Assembly: GCA_045613985.1 (NCBI GenBank)
Contig: JAZLCA010000001.1
Coordinates: 616 to 64,615 of the forward strand
Origin: Eubacteriales bacterium
GTDB lineage: Bacteria; Bacillota; Clostridia; Oscillospirales; CAG-272
Direction: 5' to 3'
Length of the DNA stretch: 64,000 nucleotides
Shown here: piece by piece, positions 33,184 to 44,780 of the stretch
Position numbering within the stretch: the first letter of the stretch is position 1
How the letters are laid out: each line of letters starts with the position of its first letter
The notes under the pieces: model-generated
What the model was told of the DNA's origin: nothing
Database searches by the model: none
What the model saw: only the letters and a program-made list of their open reading frames with translations
Position numbers and translations under genes: made by a program

Positions 33184-33214
33184 ATACCCAATGCGGTGTG
33201 GGGAGCGTCCTTTT
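33168..33214. terminator. Bidirectional terminator (serves ftsH)
   Basis: ACGCTCCCCA / TGGGGAGCGT stem with AAACAAAA 5' and CCTTTTTT 3'. Confidence 0.8.
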
Positions 33215-35242
<2,028 letters not shown>

Positions 35243-35265
35243 TATATTCCTCCGATCGTCGGGAT

Positions 35266-35838
35266 TTATTTTGTGTAGACCTCGCTTTTGAGGACACCGA
35301 TATAGGACAGATCGCGATATTTCTCATCGAAATCAAGGCCGTAACCCACGACGAATTCGTCGGGAATTTCGGCACCGATGTAATCCGCCTTGTAGTCTAC
35401 CTCGCGGCGGCTGGGCTTGTCAAGAAGGGTGACGGTGCGGACACTGTGTGCGCCGCGGCCACGCAGATTTTCGGTCAGGGCAGACAGGGTACGTCCGCTG
35501 TCCACGATGTCCTCCACCAGAAGAATGTCGATCTTTTCGTAATCATCGCGCTTCAGATCGAGGTGGATCTTGAGCTGGCCCGACGAACGGGTGCCGGAAT
35601 AGTAGGAAGAAACCTTAACGAAATCAAGCTCGACAGGAACGTTGATCTTTTTGATCAGGTCCGTGTAGAAAAAGACGGAACCCTTCATTACAGCCACAAC
35701 GATCAGCTTGCAGGGATGAATGACGTTGGGGGAGGGAGCGTAATCGTGGTTGATCTGATCGGCCAGGCGAGTGACGATTTCATCGATTTGCTCTTCATTG
35801 AGCAGAATGTGATCGATATCATGAATGGGGTTGATCAT
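35266..35838 (-). CDS. hpt: Hypoxanthine phosphoribosyltransferase
   Basis: PRPP motif [13 protein letters not shown]. Sits in the conserved tilS-hpt-ftsH order. Confidence 0.9.
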   Translation of the reverse strand: MINPIHDIDHILLNEEQIDEIVTRLADQINHDYAPSPNVIHPCKLIVVAVMKGSVFFYTDLIKKINVPVELDFVKVSSYYSGTRSSGQLKIHLDLKRDDYEKIDILLVEDIVDSGRTLSALTENLRGRGAHSVRTVTLLDKPSRREVDYKADYIGAEIPDEFVVGYGLDFDEKYRDLSYIGVLKSEVYTK

Positions 35839-37340
35839 AAAGGTAAATCCTCCTTGGTAATGTCTGTGTTTTTAAAGATGGATTCTATCGTTAAACAGAG
35901 TGTGCGGTCGGTGGCAACGTCCGCTGCGGAAAACGCACCGTCGCGCGCTCCTACAAACGGCACCCACAGTACCGTGTCGCCGCAGCATAACAGCGGCAGA
36001 CGGTCGCGCAGGCGGGGAGGCACTCCCATTTCGTTTTGCAGCTTGCGCAGTTTGCGATTGACACCGCGAAACAGCAGCGTGTCGCCGCTTCGGCGCAATC
36101 GCCAGGACAGGTCGCGAATATCGCACTCCATTATTGTATCAAACGTTAGGGTGTCTCGTATGAATGGATTGTAAACATTTTTTCTGTTTTGGGTGTTTTT
36201 TTTGTGTCGCGCACATGAATCGTCTGACACATTGGCGTTTTGCAAAGTCACGCGCCAGCCAAGATCGGAAAATTCCCGCATCCCCATGGTCAGCGGCTCG
36301 TCCAATGCACCAAGGACGTCACACACCGGCTCACCTTGAGGCAACCGACGCAAAGCGTCTCGCTCGATGCAAACGGTACAATCCGCCGATACGGCACAGG
36401 CGCGAGAGCTGGTAGCCTTGCAGCATAGCTTCCAAATGTGCTCGACGTGACAGTGCTCGGGCAGCCTGCCACATTCGCGCCATAACCACAAACGGATCAC
36501 TCGCTTGGCAATGGCCGGATGAAGCGCCTGCAGCTTGGCACGGGGCAAAAGGGAAGCGTCCGGCAGATCGCAAAAGAATTGCTCGGCCAGCGACGAAAGA
36601 AGCTCCTCGTCCTCTCGGAGCGTGGCGCAGCTGCGGGAAACCTGCAATTCGGGGTGAGCGACCAGCCGATTCAAAGCCGGCAAGACCTGCGTACGCACCA
36701 AATTGCGGGCGTATGCGGGATCGTCATTGGTGCTGTCGATCACATAGTCCAAGGAAAGCTCGGCGCAGGCATCAAGAATATCGGCTTTGCGGCAATCCAG
36801 CAGGGGACGGACAACCATGGCGCCTGCCGCCCGTTCAAACGGGCGGGAAGGGGCGATGCCGCAAAGGCCCGCCCCGCCGCTGCCGCGGCACAGGCGCAGG
36901 ATCACGGTCTCCAGATTGTCGTCGGCATGATGTGCCGTTACAAGTAAAGGAATGCTTTGCTGACGCATTACGTCAGCGAAAAAGGCATAGCGTGCCTCGC
37001 GTGCGGCCGTCTCCAACGATTCGCCGCGCTCTTTGGCAAACGCGGGGACGTCGATGTGTTGGACATGATATGCCGCGCCGTATCGTTCGGCCAGTTCGCG
37101 GCAAAATTGCTCGTCGCGATCCGCCTCCGCCCCGCGAATTCCGTGGTGAAGGTGAGCGGCGTGCAAGGGCGCACCGCTTGCTTGGCAGATCTCGGCCAAC
37201 CGATGCAACAGAAGCCGGGAATCCGCCCCGCCCGAAAGGCCGAGCAATACCGGGGTGTTGCTCGCAACACCGGCGGCCAGCCAGGGTGAGCGAAAGGAAC
37301 GGCATACGCGGGCGTAAGCGTCGGAAGCGGGCATGGTCAT
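35835..37340 (-). CDS. tilS: tRNA(Ile)-lysidine synthetase
   Basis: PP-loop LLGLSGGADS. 4-nt overlaps with both hpt and dnaB. Confidence 0.9.
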   Translation of the reverse strand: MTMPASDAYARVCRSFRSPWLAAGVASNTPVLLGLSGGADSRLLLHRLAEICQASGAPLHAAHLHHGIRGAEADRDEQFCRELAERYGAAYHVQHIDVPAFAKERGESLETAAREARYAFFADVMRQQSIPLLVTAHHADDNLETVILRLCRGSGGAGLCGIAPSRPFERAAGAMVVRPLLDCRKADILDACAELSLDYVIDSTNDDPAYARNLVRTQVLPALNRLVAHPELQVSRSCATLREDEELLSSLAEQFFCDLPDASLLPRAKLQALHPAIAKRVIRLWLWRECGRLPEHCHVEHIWKLCCKATSSRACAVSADCTVCIERDALRRLPQGEPVCDVLGALDEPLTMGMREFSDLGWRVTLQNANVSDDSCARHKKNTQNRKNVYNPFIRDTLTFDTIMECDIRDLSWRLRRSGDTLLFRGVNRKLRKLQNEMGVPPRLRDRLPLLCCGDTVLWVPFVGARDGAFSAADVATDRTLCLTIESIFKNTDITKEDLPL

Positions 37341-38689
37341 GCCTCGGGAACCGAGCCGGTCTCGGCGATCGAGCGGAATTTGGTGTAGCGTCCGATCCAG
37401 CCAACCTTGACGGTGCCGGTCGAGCCGTGGCGGTTCTTTGCCACGATGACCTCGGCAATATTGCCGTCGGTGTCGGAGGAGGAATCGGTTTTATAGTATT
37501 CGTCGCGGAACAGGAACATGACGCAGTCGGCGTCCTGCTCGATCGAACCCGAATCACGCAGGTCGGACAGCATGGGACGCTTGTCGTTTCGGCCTTCGGG
37601 ACCACGCGACAGCTGAGCACAGCAAAGGATCGGAACGTTCAGCTCCTTGGCCATGATCTTGAGGTTACGGGTAATGTCACCCACCTCGTTGACGCGGTTG
37701 TCAATGCGCTTATCCGAGGACATCAGACCCAGATAGTCAATGACGACCAGCCCCAGATTGTCCACGCGGCGGAGCTTGCCCTTCATGCCCGACACAGTGA
37801 TGCCGGGGGTGTCGTCGATGAGAATATCACAGCCCGATAAGCGCGCGCTTGCCTGCGCGATGTGCTCCCATTCCTCGGGCTTGAGCTCGCCCGAGCGTAA
37901 CGCGTAGCTGTCAACCATGGCCTCACTCGAGATCATACGGTTGACGAGCTGCTCGGCGGACATCTCCAAGGAGAAAAGGCATACTTTTTTCTTGGTCGAT
38001 TGAGCGACGTTGGTGGCAATGTTCAAAGCAAAGCTGGTCTTACCCATACCGGGACGGGCACCGACCAAAATAAAGTCGCTTTTGCCCATGCCGACCAGTA
38101 CCTTGTCCAGCCCCGAAAAGCCGGTGGGGGTACCCTGGGCGGCCGATTTGTCGGTGGCCAGCTCATGAAGATGGGCGTAGACGTCCACCAATACGTCACG
38201 GATGTGACGGAAGCTTTTGGAATCGCGTCCCTGGGCCAGCTCAAACACCTTGGCTTCGGCGTATTCAATGGTGTGCTCGGCATCCTGTTGCTCCGAATAG
38301 GCAATATCCGAAACCTCACCGCAAATATCGATCAAACGGCGCAGCTGCCCTTTCTCGTGCACGATCTTGGCATAGTCCTTGACGTTTTGCGCCCCGGGAA
38401 CGACCTCGGCAATGGTGCGGATATATTGTTCTCCGCCCGACTTATCGTATACGCCTGCCCGTACCAGCGCGTCGATGAGCGTGACGACGTCGATGGAGTG
38501 ATCGGTCAGGTACAATTCCCGCATACAAAGGAAGATCTGCTTGTGCTCGGACAGATAAAAGTCCTCCGAGGAAACAAGATCTGCCAAGTCATTGAAGCAC
38601 TCGGGATCAATGAGGATACAGCCCAGAAGGGACTGTTCTGCAATTAAGGAAAAGGGTAGCTTGCGGTCTAAGATGTTATTTTCATCCAT
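37337..38689 (-). CDS. dnaB: Replicative DNA helicase
   Basis: DnaB N-domain plus a RecA-like core (GARPGMGKTSFAL). Confidence 0.95.
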   Translation of the reverse strand: MDENNILDRKLPFSLIAEQSLLGCILIDPECFNDLADLVSSEDFYLSEHKQIFLCMRELYLTDHSIDVVTLIDALVRAGVYDKSGGEQYIRTIAEVVPGAQNVKDYAKIVHEKGQLRRLIDICGEVSDIAYSEQQDAEHTIEYAEAKVFELAQGRDSKSFRHIRDVLVDVYAHLHELATDKSAAQGTPTGFSGLDKVLVGMGKSDFILVGARPGMGKTSFALNIATNVAQSTKKKVCLFSLEMSAEQLVNRMISSEAMVDSYALRSGELKPEEWEHIAQASARLSGCDILIDDTPGITVSGMKGKLRRVDNLGLVVIDYLGLMSSDKRIDNRVNEVGDITRNLKIMAKELNVPILCCAQLSRGPEGRNDKRPMLSDLRDSGSIEQDADCVMFLFRDEYYKTDSSSDTDGNIAEVIVAKNRHGSTGTVKVGWIGRYTKFRSIAETGSVPEA

Positions 38690-38715
38690 GGCTCAAAAAA
38701 GCTCCTTGGTGGTTG

Positions 38716-39165
38716 TTATTTTTTCTCGCAGACGGTCAGGTGGATCTTACCGATGATATCCTGGTACAGCTTGACCTCGCGGGTGTAAGCACCGAAGGTG
38801 CGGATGGGCTCGTCCGAAAGGATCTTGCGCTTGTCGATGGTGATGCCTGCCTGGGCGGCGAGGGCCTCGACGATATCCTTGGAGGTGATGGAGCCGTACA
38901 AACGACCGTCACCGCCCGAAGATGCGGGCAGCTTGAGCATAATGCCTTCCAGCTTTTCGGCGATGGCTTTGGCCTCGGCTCGCTCGACGGCAATGCGATG
39001 CTCTTCGGATGCCTTTTTGTTTTTGATCTCGTTCAGGCTCTGGGCATCGGCAGGTTTAGCCAGACCCTTGGGGAACAGAAAGTTTTTGGCGTAGCCGTCG
39101 GATACGTTGATGATCTGGTCCTTTTTACCTTGGGATTTAACGTCTTGTAATAAAATGACTTTCAT
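38716..39165 (-). CDS. rplI: 50S ribosomal protein L9
   Basis: MKVILLQDVKSQGKKDQIINVSDGYAKNFLFPKGLA. Confidence 0.95.
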   Translation of the reverse strand: MKVILLQDVKSQGKKDQIINVSDGYAKNFLFPKGLAKPADAQSLNEIKNKKASEEHRIAVERAEAKAIAEKLEGIMLKLPASSGGDGRLYGSITSKDIVEALAAQAGITIDKRKILSDEPIRTFGAYTREVKLYQDIIGKIHLTVCEKK

Positions 39166-39188
39166 GGTGATACTCCTTTATTTTTGTT

Positions 39189-39239
39189 GGAAAAAACTTC
39201 TTGAAAAAAGTTTTTCCAAACCCTTTTCAAGAACTTTAT
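39189..39239 (-). terminator. Terminator-like hairpin, member of a repeat family (copy at 58057-58108)
   Basis: On the minus strand, TTCTTGAAAA...TTTTCAAGAA stem then GTTTTTTCC. About 90 percent identical to the second copy. Confidence 0.5.
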
Positions 39240-39374
39240 GTGAAATAGCGATTGATAAAACAGGGGGATTGCTCCTACGGCGCTCCTTAAATGCCAAAAT
39301 AGCGCAGCGCGAAGCTGTATGCGCGTCCGTAAAGAAGCGGTCGAAATTTTGCGGAAAATTCAGCAAAATCTCAA

Positions 39375-41504
39375 TTACTTTCCGTCCTTCGCATCATGCT
39401 CCAGATAATCGTCGATCGCCTTGATCAAAAGCTCGCACGCATACGTCAGCGTAGAATCGTTGATCTGCGCGCCTGCCATGTCAAAGTGACCGCCGCCGCC
39501 CAGCTTTTCCATAATGATCTGGACGTTGATGGAGTCACCCGAGCGGGCGGAAATGCTGACGCTGTTGCCAATGCTGACCAGGGCAAAGGATGCGTCGATG
39601 CCGCGCACCGTCAACAAACGGTCGGCGGCCTTGGCGGCGGCTACGCGCTCGTTGATCTTTTCGGCACGGCTCTGGTCGGTGTTGAGCCAGGTGATGGCAA
39701 TGCGGCCGCGGTAAATGCGGGTGCGGGAACCGAAATCACTCGAGGTGATCAGCTCGTCCAGCGTCTCGTAGAAGAACAGACGGGTGACGTTGGTGTGTGC
39801 GCCCTTTTCATACAGGTAATGTACAGCAGAGAAGGTCTGCGCACCCGTCGAGTGGGTGAAGTTCTTAGTGTCCAGCATGATACCGGCCAACAGCAGCGTG
39901 GCCTCTTCCTTGCGAAGCTCGTCCGCATAGGGGCTCTGCTCGATCATCTCGGCGATCAGCTCGCTGGCCGACGATGCGGTCGGGTGGATGTAGCTGAGCA
40001 CGGGAGCGAAATCGAATACCTCGAATTGACGGTGGTGGTCGATGATGGCGATGTTGGCAACGTTCTTGACGACGTCGGGCGCCTCAACGATGTTGACGTT
40101 GTTGACGTCGACCATGATCAAAAGCGAGTCGGAACGTACCAGGTCAAGGGCATTTTGCGCATCGACGAACAATTCGTCGTAAATCGCGTTCTTTCCCAAA
40201 TGATCGGCGCAGATGCGGAAATCGTCGCTGCCCCGGTTCATGACGATGCGGACCTCGGTTTTGCTCTTGCCGACGGCACACAACGCCAGGCGCGCCGCAC
40301 CAATGCAGGCACCGATGGCATCGAAGTCGGGATTGCGGTGGCCCATAATGATGACGTTACCGGCCTGCGCGATCAGCGAGCAAAGCTGATTGGAATTGAC
40401 GCGAGAAATGATGGAGGTGTTGCTCTGAATGGTCTTGACACGGCCGCCGAAGAAGGAAATACCGTCGGCACGCTTGATGGCGACCTGGTCGCCGCCGCGC
40501 TGCAGGGCAATGTCCAGCGCTGCGCTGGCGGTCGATTCACGCGCCTTGAAGGAGCCGCCCACGGCGGCAATACCCATGGAAATGGTCACGGGGAAGCTGT
40601 TGTCGCCCAATTTAACGGCGCGGACACGGTTGAGAATACTGAAGTTGTCCTCGATGCATCGCTGCAAGGATTCGGCCGAGAAGACCATGATGAACTTATC
40701 GCGGTCGTACTCGCGGATAAAGCCGCCCATTTCCTCCGCCCAAGCCTTGAGAATGTTTTCGATCTCGTTGGCGGCCGAGCGGTGGCTGACGCGAACGTAC
40801 TGAGCCAGCTCCTGAAGGTTGTCCAGCACGATGTAGGCGACGATGGGGTTTTCACGCTCCATCTTTTCGCGCAGCTCCAAATAGTCGGATATGTCGTGGA
40901 AGGTGATCATATAGTAGTCCTGACCGCGCAGGCGCATGCCGTAAGAGATCAGCTCATAGCGGCGACCTTCCCCGCCCAGACGGACGTGGAAGCCGTGCGC
41001 ACCGGGGATAACCTCCCCTGCGGCGTCCAAAGCACGTGCAAAGCGCACCTCGCGGGGTTCCCCTGTGCTGCGGATAACATCCTGGATGGAAATGGAGCAG
41101 AAAGAGGACAACGGGACGTTGCAAATGGGAGATTTGAAGCCCAGCACGTCCTGCAGGGCGCGGTTGATGACCTTGACGTTTCCCTTGCTGTCCGAGATGG
41201 CAAAGGGCAGATCGATGACGTATTTGAATACGTCTCCGATCTCGGTTGTCATATCCTCGGCCGCCGCCAACACCTCATGCAAGCGGTAGACGCGGACCAG
41301 ATAGACGAGCAGCATGATGCCGCCGATGACGGCATAAAAGGCGAACAGAGCAAGTCCGTACAAGACCAACGGGCTCTTGGGATCGATCAGATAACACAGG
41401 ACTTCCAGTGCGGCCAAAAGGATCACCCCGATCGCATACGTCAGGGTATAGGGCAATCGAGCGTCAAATTGGGGTGCTCGCGGAGAATGAGGCTTGTTTT
41501 GCAT
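39375..41504 (-). CDS. gdpP: Cyclic-di-AMP phosphodiesterase GdpP (TM-PAS-degenerate GGDEF-DHH/DHHA1)
   Basis: Two N-terminal TM helices. DHH motifs (IMGHRNPDFDAIG, IIDHH) and GGGH in DHHA1. Conserved yybS-gdpP-rplI context. Confidence 0.9.
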   Translation of the reverse strand: MQNKPHSPRAPQFDARLPYTLTYAIGVILLAALEVLCYLIDPKSPLVLYGLALFAFYAVIGGIMLLVYLVRVYRLHEVLAAAEDMTTEIGDVFKYVIDLPFAISDSKGNVKVINRALQDVLGFKSPICNVPLSSFCSISIQDVIRSTGEPREVRFARALDAAGEVIPGAHGFHVRLGGEGRRYELISYGMRLRGQDYYMITFHDISDYLELREKMERENPIVAYIVLDNLQELAQYVRVSHRSAANEIENILKAWAEEMGGFIREYDRDKFIMVFSAESLQRCIEDNFSILNRVRAVKLGDNSFPVTISMGIAAVGGSFKARESTASAALDIALQRGGDQVAIKRADGISFFGGRVKTIQSNTSIISRVNSNQLCSLIAQAGNVIIMGHRNPDFDAIGACIGAARLALCAVGKSKTEVRIVMNRGSDDFRICADHLGKNAIYDELFVDAQNALDLVRSDSLLIMVDVNNVNIVEAPDVVKNVANIAIIDHHRQFEVFDFAPVLSYIHPTASSASELIAEMIEQSPYADELRKEEATLLLAGIMLDTKNFTHSTGAQTFSAVHYLYEKGAHTNVTRLFFYETLDELITSSDFGSRTRIYRGRIAITWLNTDQSRAEKINERVAAAKAADRLLTVRGIDASFALVSIGNSVSISARSGDSINVQIIMEKLGGGGHFDMAGAQINDSTLTYACELLIKAIDDYLEHDAKDGK

Positions 41505-41564
41505 AAGAAATTCCTCCTTACAGTACGTCGTTGCCGCGCAGAGCGGCGAAAGGGCGGGCGAGTA

Positions 41565-42827
41565 TCAATGATCCGAGTTGGAGTTTCCGTCGTTGTTATC
41601 GTTATCGGGCGGGAATTTGCCACCCTGCTTTGCGATCATGCGGAGCATCAAAGGACGTGTCAGAGTAGCCAACGCTCCCGAGAAGGAGAGGCAGTAGAGC
41701 AGCATATACGGCATGAACAGCGCGCACGCGATGAGGATGAACAGCCACAGACGGGAACCGCCTTGGCGAAGATCCCCGATCAGCTTGTACACACCGATGA
41801 TCAGCATACCCGGCATGAGAATAAACAGCAGATTGTAGCAAAGCGCACCGAACGATGTCATTTCGCCCGGCCAAATGGATACCACACCGCAGATCAAAAA
41901 TACCAGTCCGGAGAAGGCGGACAGGATGAACAGGCGAGCGGTGTGTGTTTCCAGCTCCTTCATGCCAACGTTGCGGTAGGAACGAACACACATGAGCTGG
42001 GCCGCGTAGCCGATCAGATTGAAGGTGCAGACGATCAGGGCGGGCAGTACGTTGAAGATCAGCTCGACGTAGGTGCGAATGATGACGTCAGCAGAGACGC
42101 CGGCATCCGCAAAAGTCATTTGCATGGCGGTCATAAACGTCTCGTCAGCCAAAAGAAAGGCGATGGATTGCTCTCTTGCGGTGCTCATGGTGTCCACCAG
42201 GAAATCCCAGGACAGGACGACACCGGCACGGTACAACAGCAGCGCTCCGCCTGCCAGGACAAACAATCCGTACATGAAGGAGGTCAGGCAGATGGAGGAA
42301 ACGCGGGAGCGGTTGCCCATGGTGTTGTGGGCAAGGATGCCCATGGCCGGGAAGGGGATGAGCGCCAAAAGCGAAAGAAGGGCATCACGGCTCATGGCAA
42401 AGGCGGCGGCATATGCAAGCACCGGAACGATCAAAAGCCACTTGGAGCGGCAGACCGTGATCAAAAATGCGCCGATGCCGATGGAGACGATGGAAGACAA
42501 TACGAAGGTGCCGAGCGGCATGCCGTCACCGAGGGTAAGCGTGCCGATGCTGTGAGCGCTAAGGAATAAGATGGCCGCAACGATACCGGCAGGGATGGAG
42601 CGCACCAGGGCGAACAGCACCAAAAGACAAACGACAAACAGGGGCAGGGTGTAGAACGCGGGCGGCGTAAACAGCGGGTTGTACGCGCCTGCAGCAATGA
42701 TAAACAGAGAGAGAAGAATACAACCGATCGGATGCAGCTTGGGAGCGGCCTTCTCTCCCTCCCAAGGGTTGGGATCGGAGAATATTTTGAATTGGATGGG
42801 GGGATTTTCCCGTGGGGTAGCGTTCAT
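41565..42827 (-). CDS. YybS-like polytopic membrane protein (DUF2232)
   Basis: Multi-TM protein immediately upstream of gdpP, as in Bacillus. Confidence 0.7.
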   Translation of the reverse strand: MNATPRENPPIQFKIFSDPNPWEGEKAAPKLHPIGCILLSLFIIAAGAYNPLFTPPAFYTLPLFVVCLLVLFALVRSIPAGIVAAILFLSAHSIGTLTLGDGMPLGTFVLSSIVSIGIGAFLITVCRSKWLLIVPVLAYAAAFAMSRDALLSLLALIPFPAMGILAHNTMGNRSRVSSICLTSFMYGLFVLAGGALLLYRAGVVLSWDFLVDTMSTAREQSIAFLLADETFMTAMQMTFADAGVSADVIIRTYVELIFNVLPALIVCTFNLIGYAAQLMCVRSYRNVGMKELETHTARLFILSAFSGLVFLICGVVSIWPGEMTSFGALCYNLLFILMPGMLIIGVYKLIGDLRQGGSRLWLFILIACALFMPYMLLYCLSFSGALATLTRPLMLRMIAKQGGKFPPDNDNNDGNSNSDH

Positions 42828-42993
42828 ATAAAGGCTCCTTGTTGAAAGAGGAAAAGTGTTGTTTTCATATGGGTATAATACCCTATCATAGGGATTATAT
42901 CAGTATACCATATTATAGGGGATTTGTAAACAGTAAATATGATTTTTTTAATAAAGATGAAGAAAAAATGGGGGCGTCAAATTTTTAGCTAAA

Positions 42994-43035
42994 CCAAAAA
43001 AAGCGGAAGAAAAGACGGTTTGCCTTTTCTTCCGC
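42994..43035 (-). terminator. Intrinsic terminator
   Basis: GCGGAAGAAAAG / CTTTTCTTCCGC stem with a T-run on the minus strand. Confidence 0.8.
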
Positions 43036-43049
43036 GTATTTCTTTATTC

Positions 43050-44300
43050 TCAGAATGCCCAATCGCCGTTTTCAAACAGCGCAACACTCTTTCCGTCGCG
43101 CGTGTGAGCCACAACCGACAGATCTTCCGTGCCGATCATGAAATCGACGTGGATCATCGACTCGTTGACACCCATCTCGTGCAGCTGATCCAACGTGTAC
43201 TTGTCATAATCCTTGACCGTGTTGGAGTATCCGGCACCCATGGCCAAATGGCAGGATGCGTTTTCGTCAAACAGCGTCTCGTAGAAGGTCAGCCCACTCT
43301 GGCTGATGGGGGAATGGAAGGGAACCAGCGCACACTCGCCCAAATAGGCTGCGCCCTCGTCCATGGTGATCATCTGCTGAAGCAGCTCGTTGTTCTGCTC
43401 CGCGTGTGCCTCGACGGCCTTGCCCTCGTGGAAACGGATCCAGAAGTTGTCGATCACCTGTCCGCGATAGGACAGAGGCTTGGAGGAATAGACGATGCCC
43501 TCGGCCACACCGCGCTTGGGCGTGATGAACAGCTCCTCGGTGGGCATATTGGGATTGAATTCCTCACCGCCCAGCGTCTTCTCGGAGCCGCCGCAGAACT
43601 GACCGTTCTCCATCATGCCAACCGTCAGACTGGTGCCGTTGGAGGCGTGATATTCCAGCGACTCGATGCCCAGCGAGTTGAGATAATCGCAACGCTTGTG
43701 GAACTGCGCGTTGTGCTCCGCCCAAGCGGCCAGACCGTCCTGAGGCTCACCGCCCAGCGTCTTGGTCATACGGACGGTGTAAAGAATGGCCTCCCACAGC
43801 TTTTCCACAGCGACGCTTGCACGCACGCCGGGGAACATCTTTTTGGCCCATGCCTTGCCGGGAACGGCAGCGATGCACCACTTGTACTTGTTTTCCATGG
43901 CGTCGCGGAAGGGCTTGATAACGCCGTAACGCGCCTGAATCGCCTTGGAGTTTTTGGCCTGATTCATGCCGGCCAGACCGTCAGGGTCTTCCGAGAGCAG
44001 ATACAGCATGGCGGGCAGCTTGTCCACGCGGTGCTGCAGCTTGGCCTTTTCCCACTCTTCGACCTGCGAGAGGACCTTGAGAGAGCGGTTGTTGACGTGA
44101 ACCTTTTGCAGGGGCTGATACGACCACTCAACGGTGACCTTGGCCGCGCCTGCGCGATAGCACTCGCGCACGACCAGCTCGACAAATTCGGGCTGATCCA
44201 GCTCGGCGTTGATGATAACTTCATCGCCGCGGCGGACGTTCAAGCCGGAGCGAGCGATCAGCTTAGCATAATTTTTGAGTACGGTTTTATTCATGATCAT
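43050..44300 (-). CDS. M29-family aminopeptidase (AmpS/PepS-like)
   Basis: N-terminus LKNYAKLIARSGLNVRRGDEVII. The start may instead be the ATG at 44294, which has better RBS spacing. Confidence 0.85.
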   Translation of the reverse strand: MIMNKTVLKNYAKLIARSGLNVRRGDEVIINAELDQPEFVELVVRECYRAGAAKVTVEWSYQPLQKVHVNNRSLKVLSQVEEWEKAKLQHRVDKLPAMLYLLSEDPDGLAGMNQAKNSKAIQARYGVIKPFRDAMENKYKWCIAAVPGKAWAKKMFPGVRASVAVEKLWEAILYTVRMTKTLGGEPQDGLAAWAEHNAQFHKRCDYLNSLGIESLEYHASNGTSLTVGMMENGQFCGGSEKTLGGEEFNPNMPTEELFITPKRGVAEGIVYSSKPLSYRGQVIDNFWIRFHEGKAVEAHAEQNNELLQQMITMDEGAAYLGECALVPFHSPISQSGLTFYETLFDENASCHLAMGAGYSNTVKDYDKYTLDQLHEMGVNESMIHVDFMIGTEDLSVVAHTRDGKSVALFENGDWAF

Positions 44301-44316
44301 ATTCCTTCACTTTTAT

Positions 44317-44754
44317 TCAGGATAAGAGATTGAGCTTTTTAAGAGCGGCATGAAGCACTTTTTTGTCGTTTTCGTGCGTCAGGTAGCGCACGGCACCCTC
44401 CAAGGGGAGCCATTCGACCTGAGCAATCTCGCCGCGACGGGGGCGGACGTCGGTCTGCTCCGAGCGAGCCAGAAAATAGACGACCTCTTTTTCCACACCG
44501 GGGGCGGGAGCGTAGCAGACAACGTGACGGAAATCGGGAATGATCGAGATGCGAACCGAGGTTTCCTCCAGCACTTCGCGCACGGCGGTCTCGCGTTCGG
44601 TCTCTCCCGGCTCGACGTGTCCCTTGGGGAAGGAGCGGTAGCCGCCCGGGCGATGACGGATCATCAAAATATAATCCATGCCTGTCTGTGCATCGTGTCG
44701 AATGACCAGCGCACCGCAGGATTTCTCAAATTTTTCAATGGGACCATTGGCCAT
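44317..44754 (-). CDS. NUDIX hydrolase
   Basis: Nudix box GHVEPGETERETAVREVLEETS. Confidence 0.85.
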   Translation of the reverse strand: MANGPIEKFEKSCGALVIRHDAQTGMDYILMIRHRPGGYRSFPKGHVEPGETERETAVREVLEETSVRISIIPDFRHVVCYAPAPGVEKEVVYFLARSEQTDVRPRRGEIAQVEWLPLEGAVRYLTHENDKKVLHAALKKLNLLS

Positions 44755-44780
44755 GGCTTGCTACCTCCTTTCCGTCAGGA

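Noticed and set aside
39396-42569. 1057-aa plus-strand ORF spanning two genes
   Set aside because: It is antisense to gdpP and the yybS-like gene, both of which have clear family motifs and conserved synteny. The ORF crosses their intergenic gap and has an implausible Gly/Asp/Val/Arg-rich composition.
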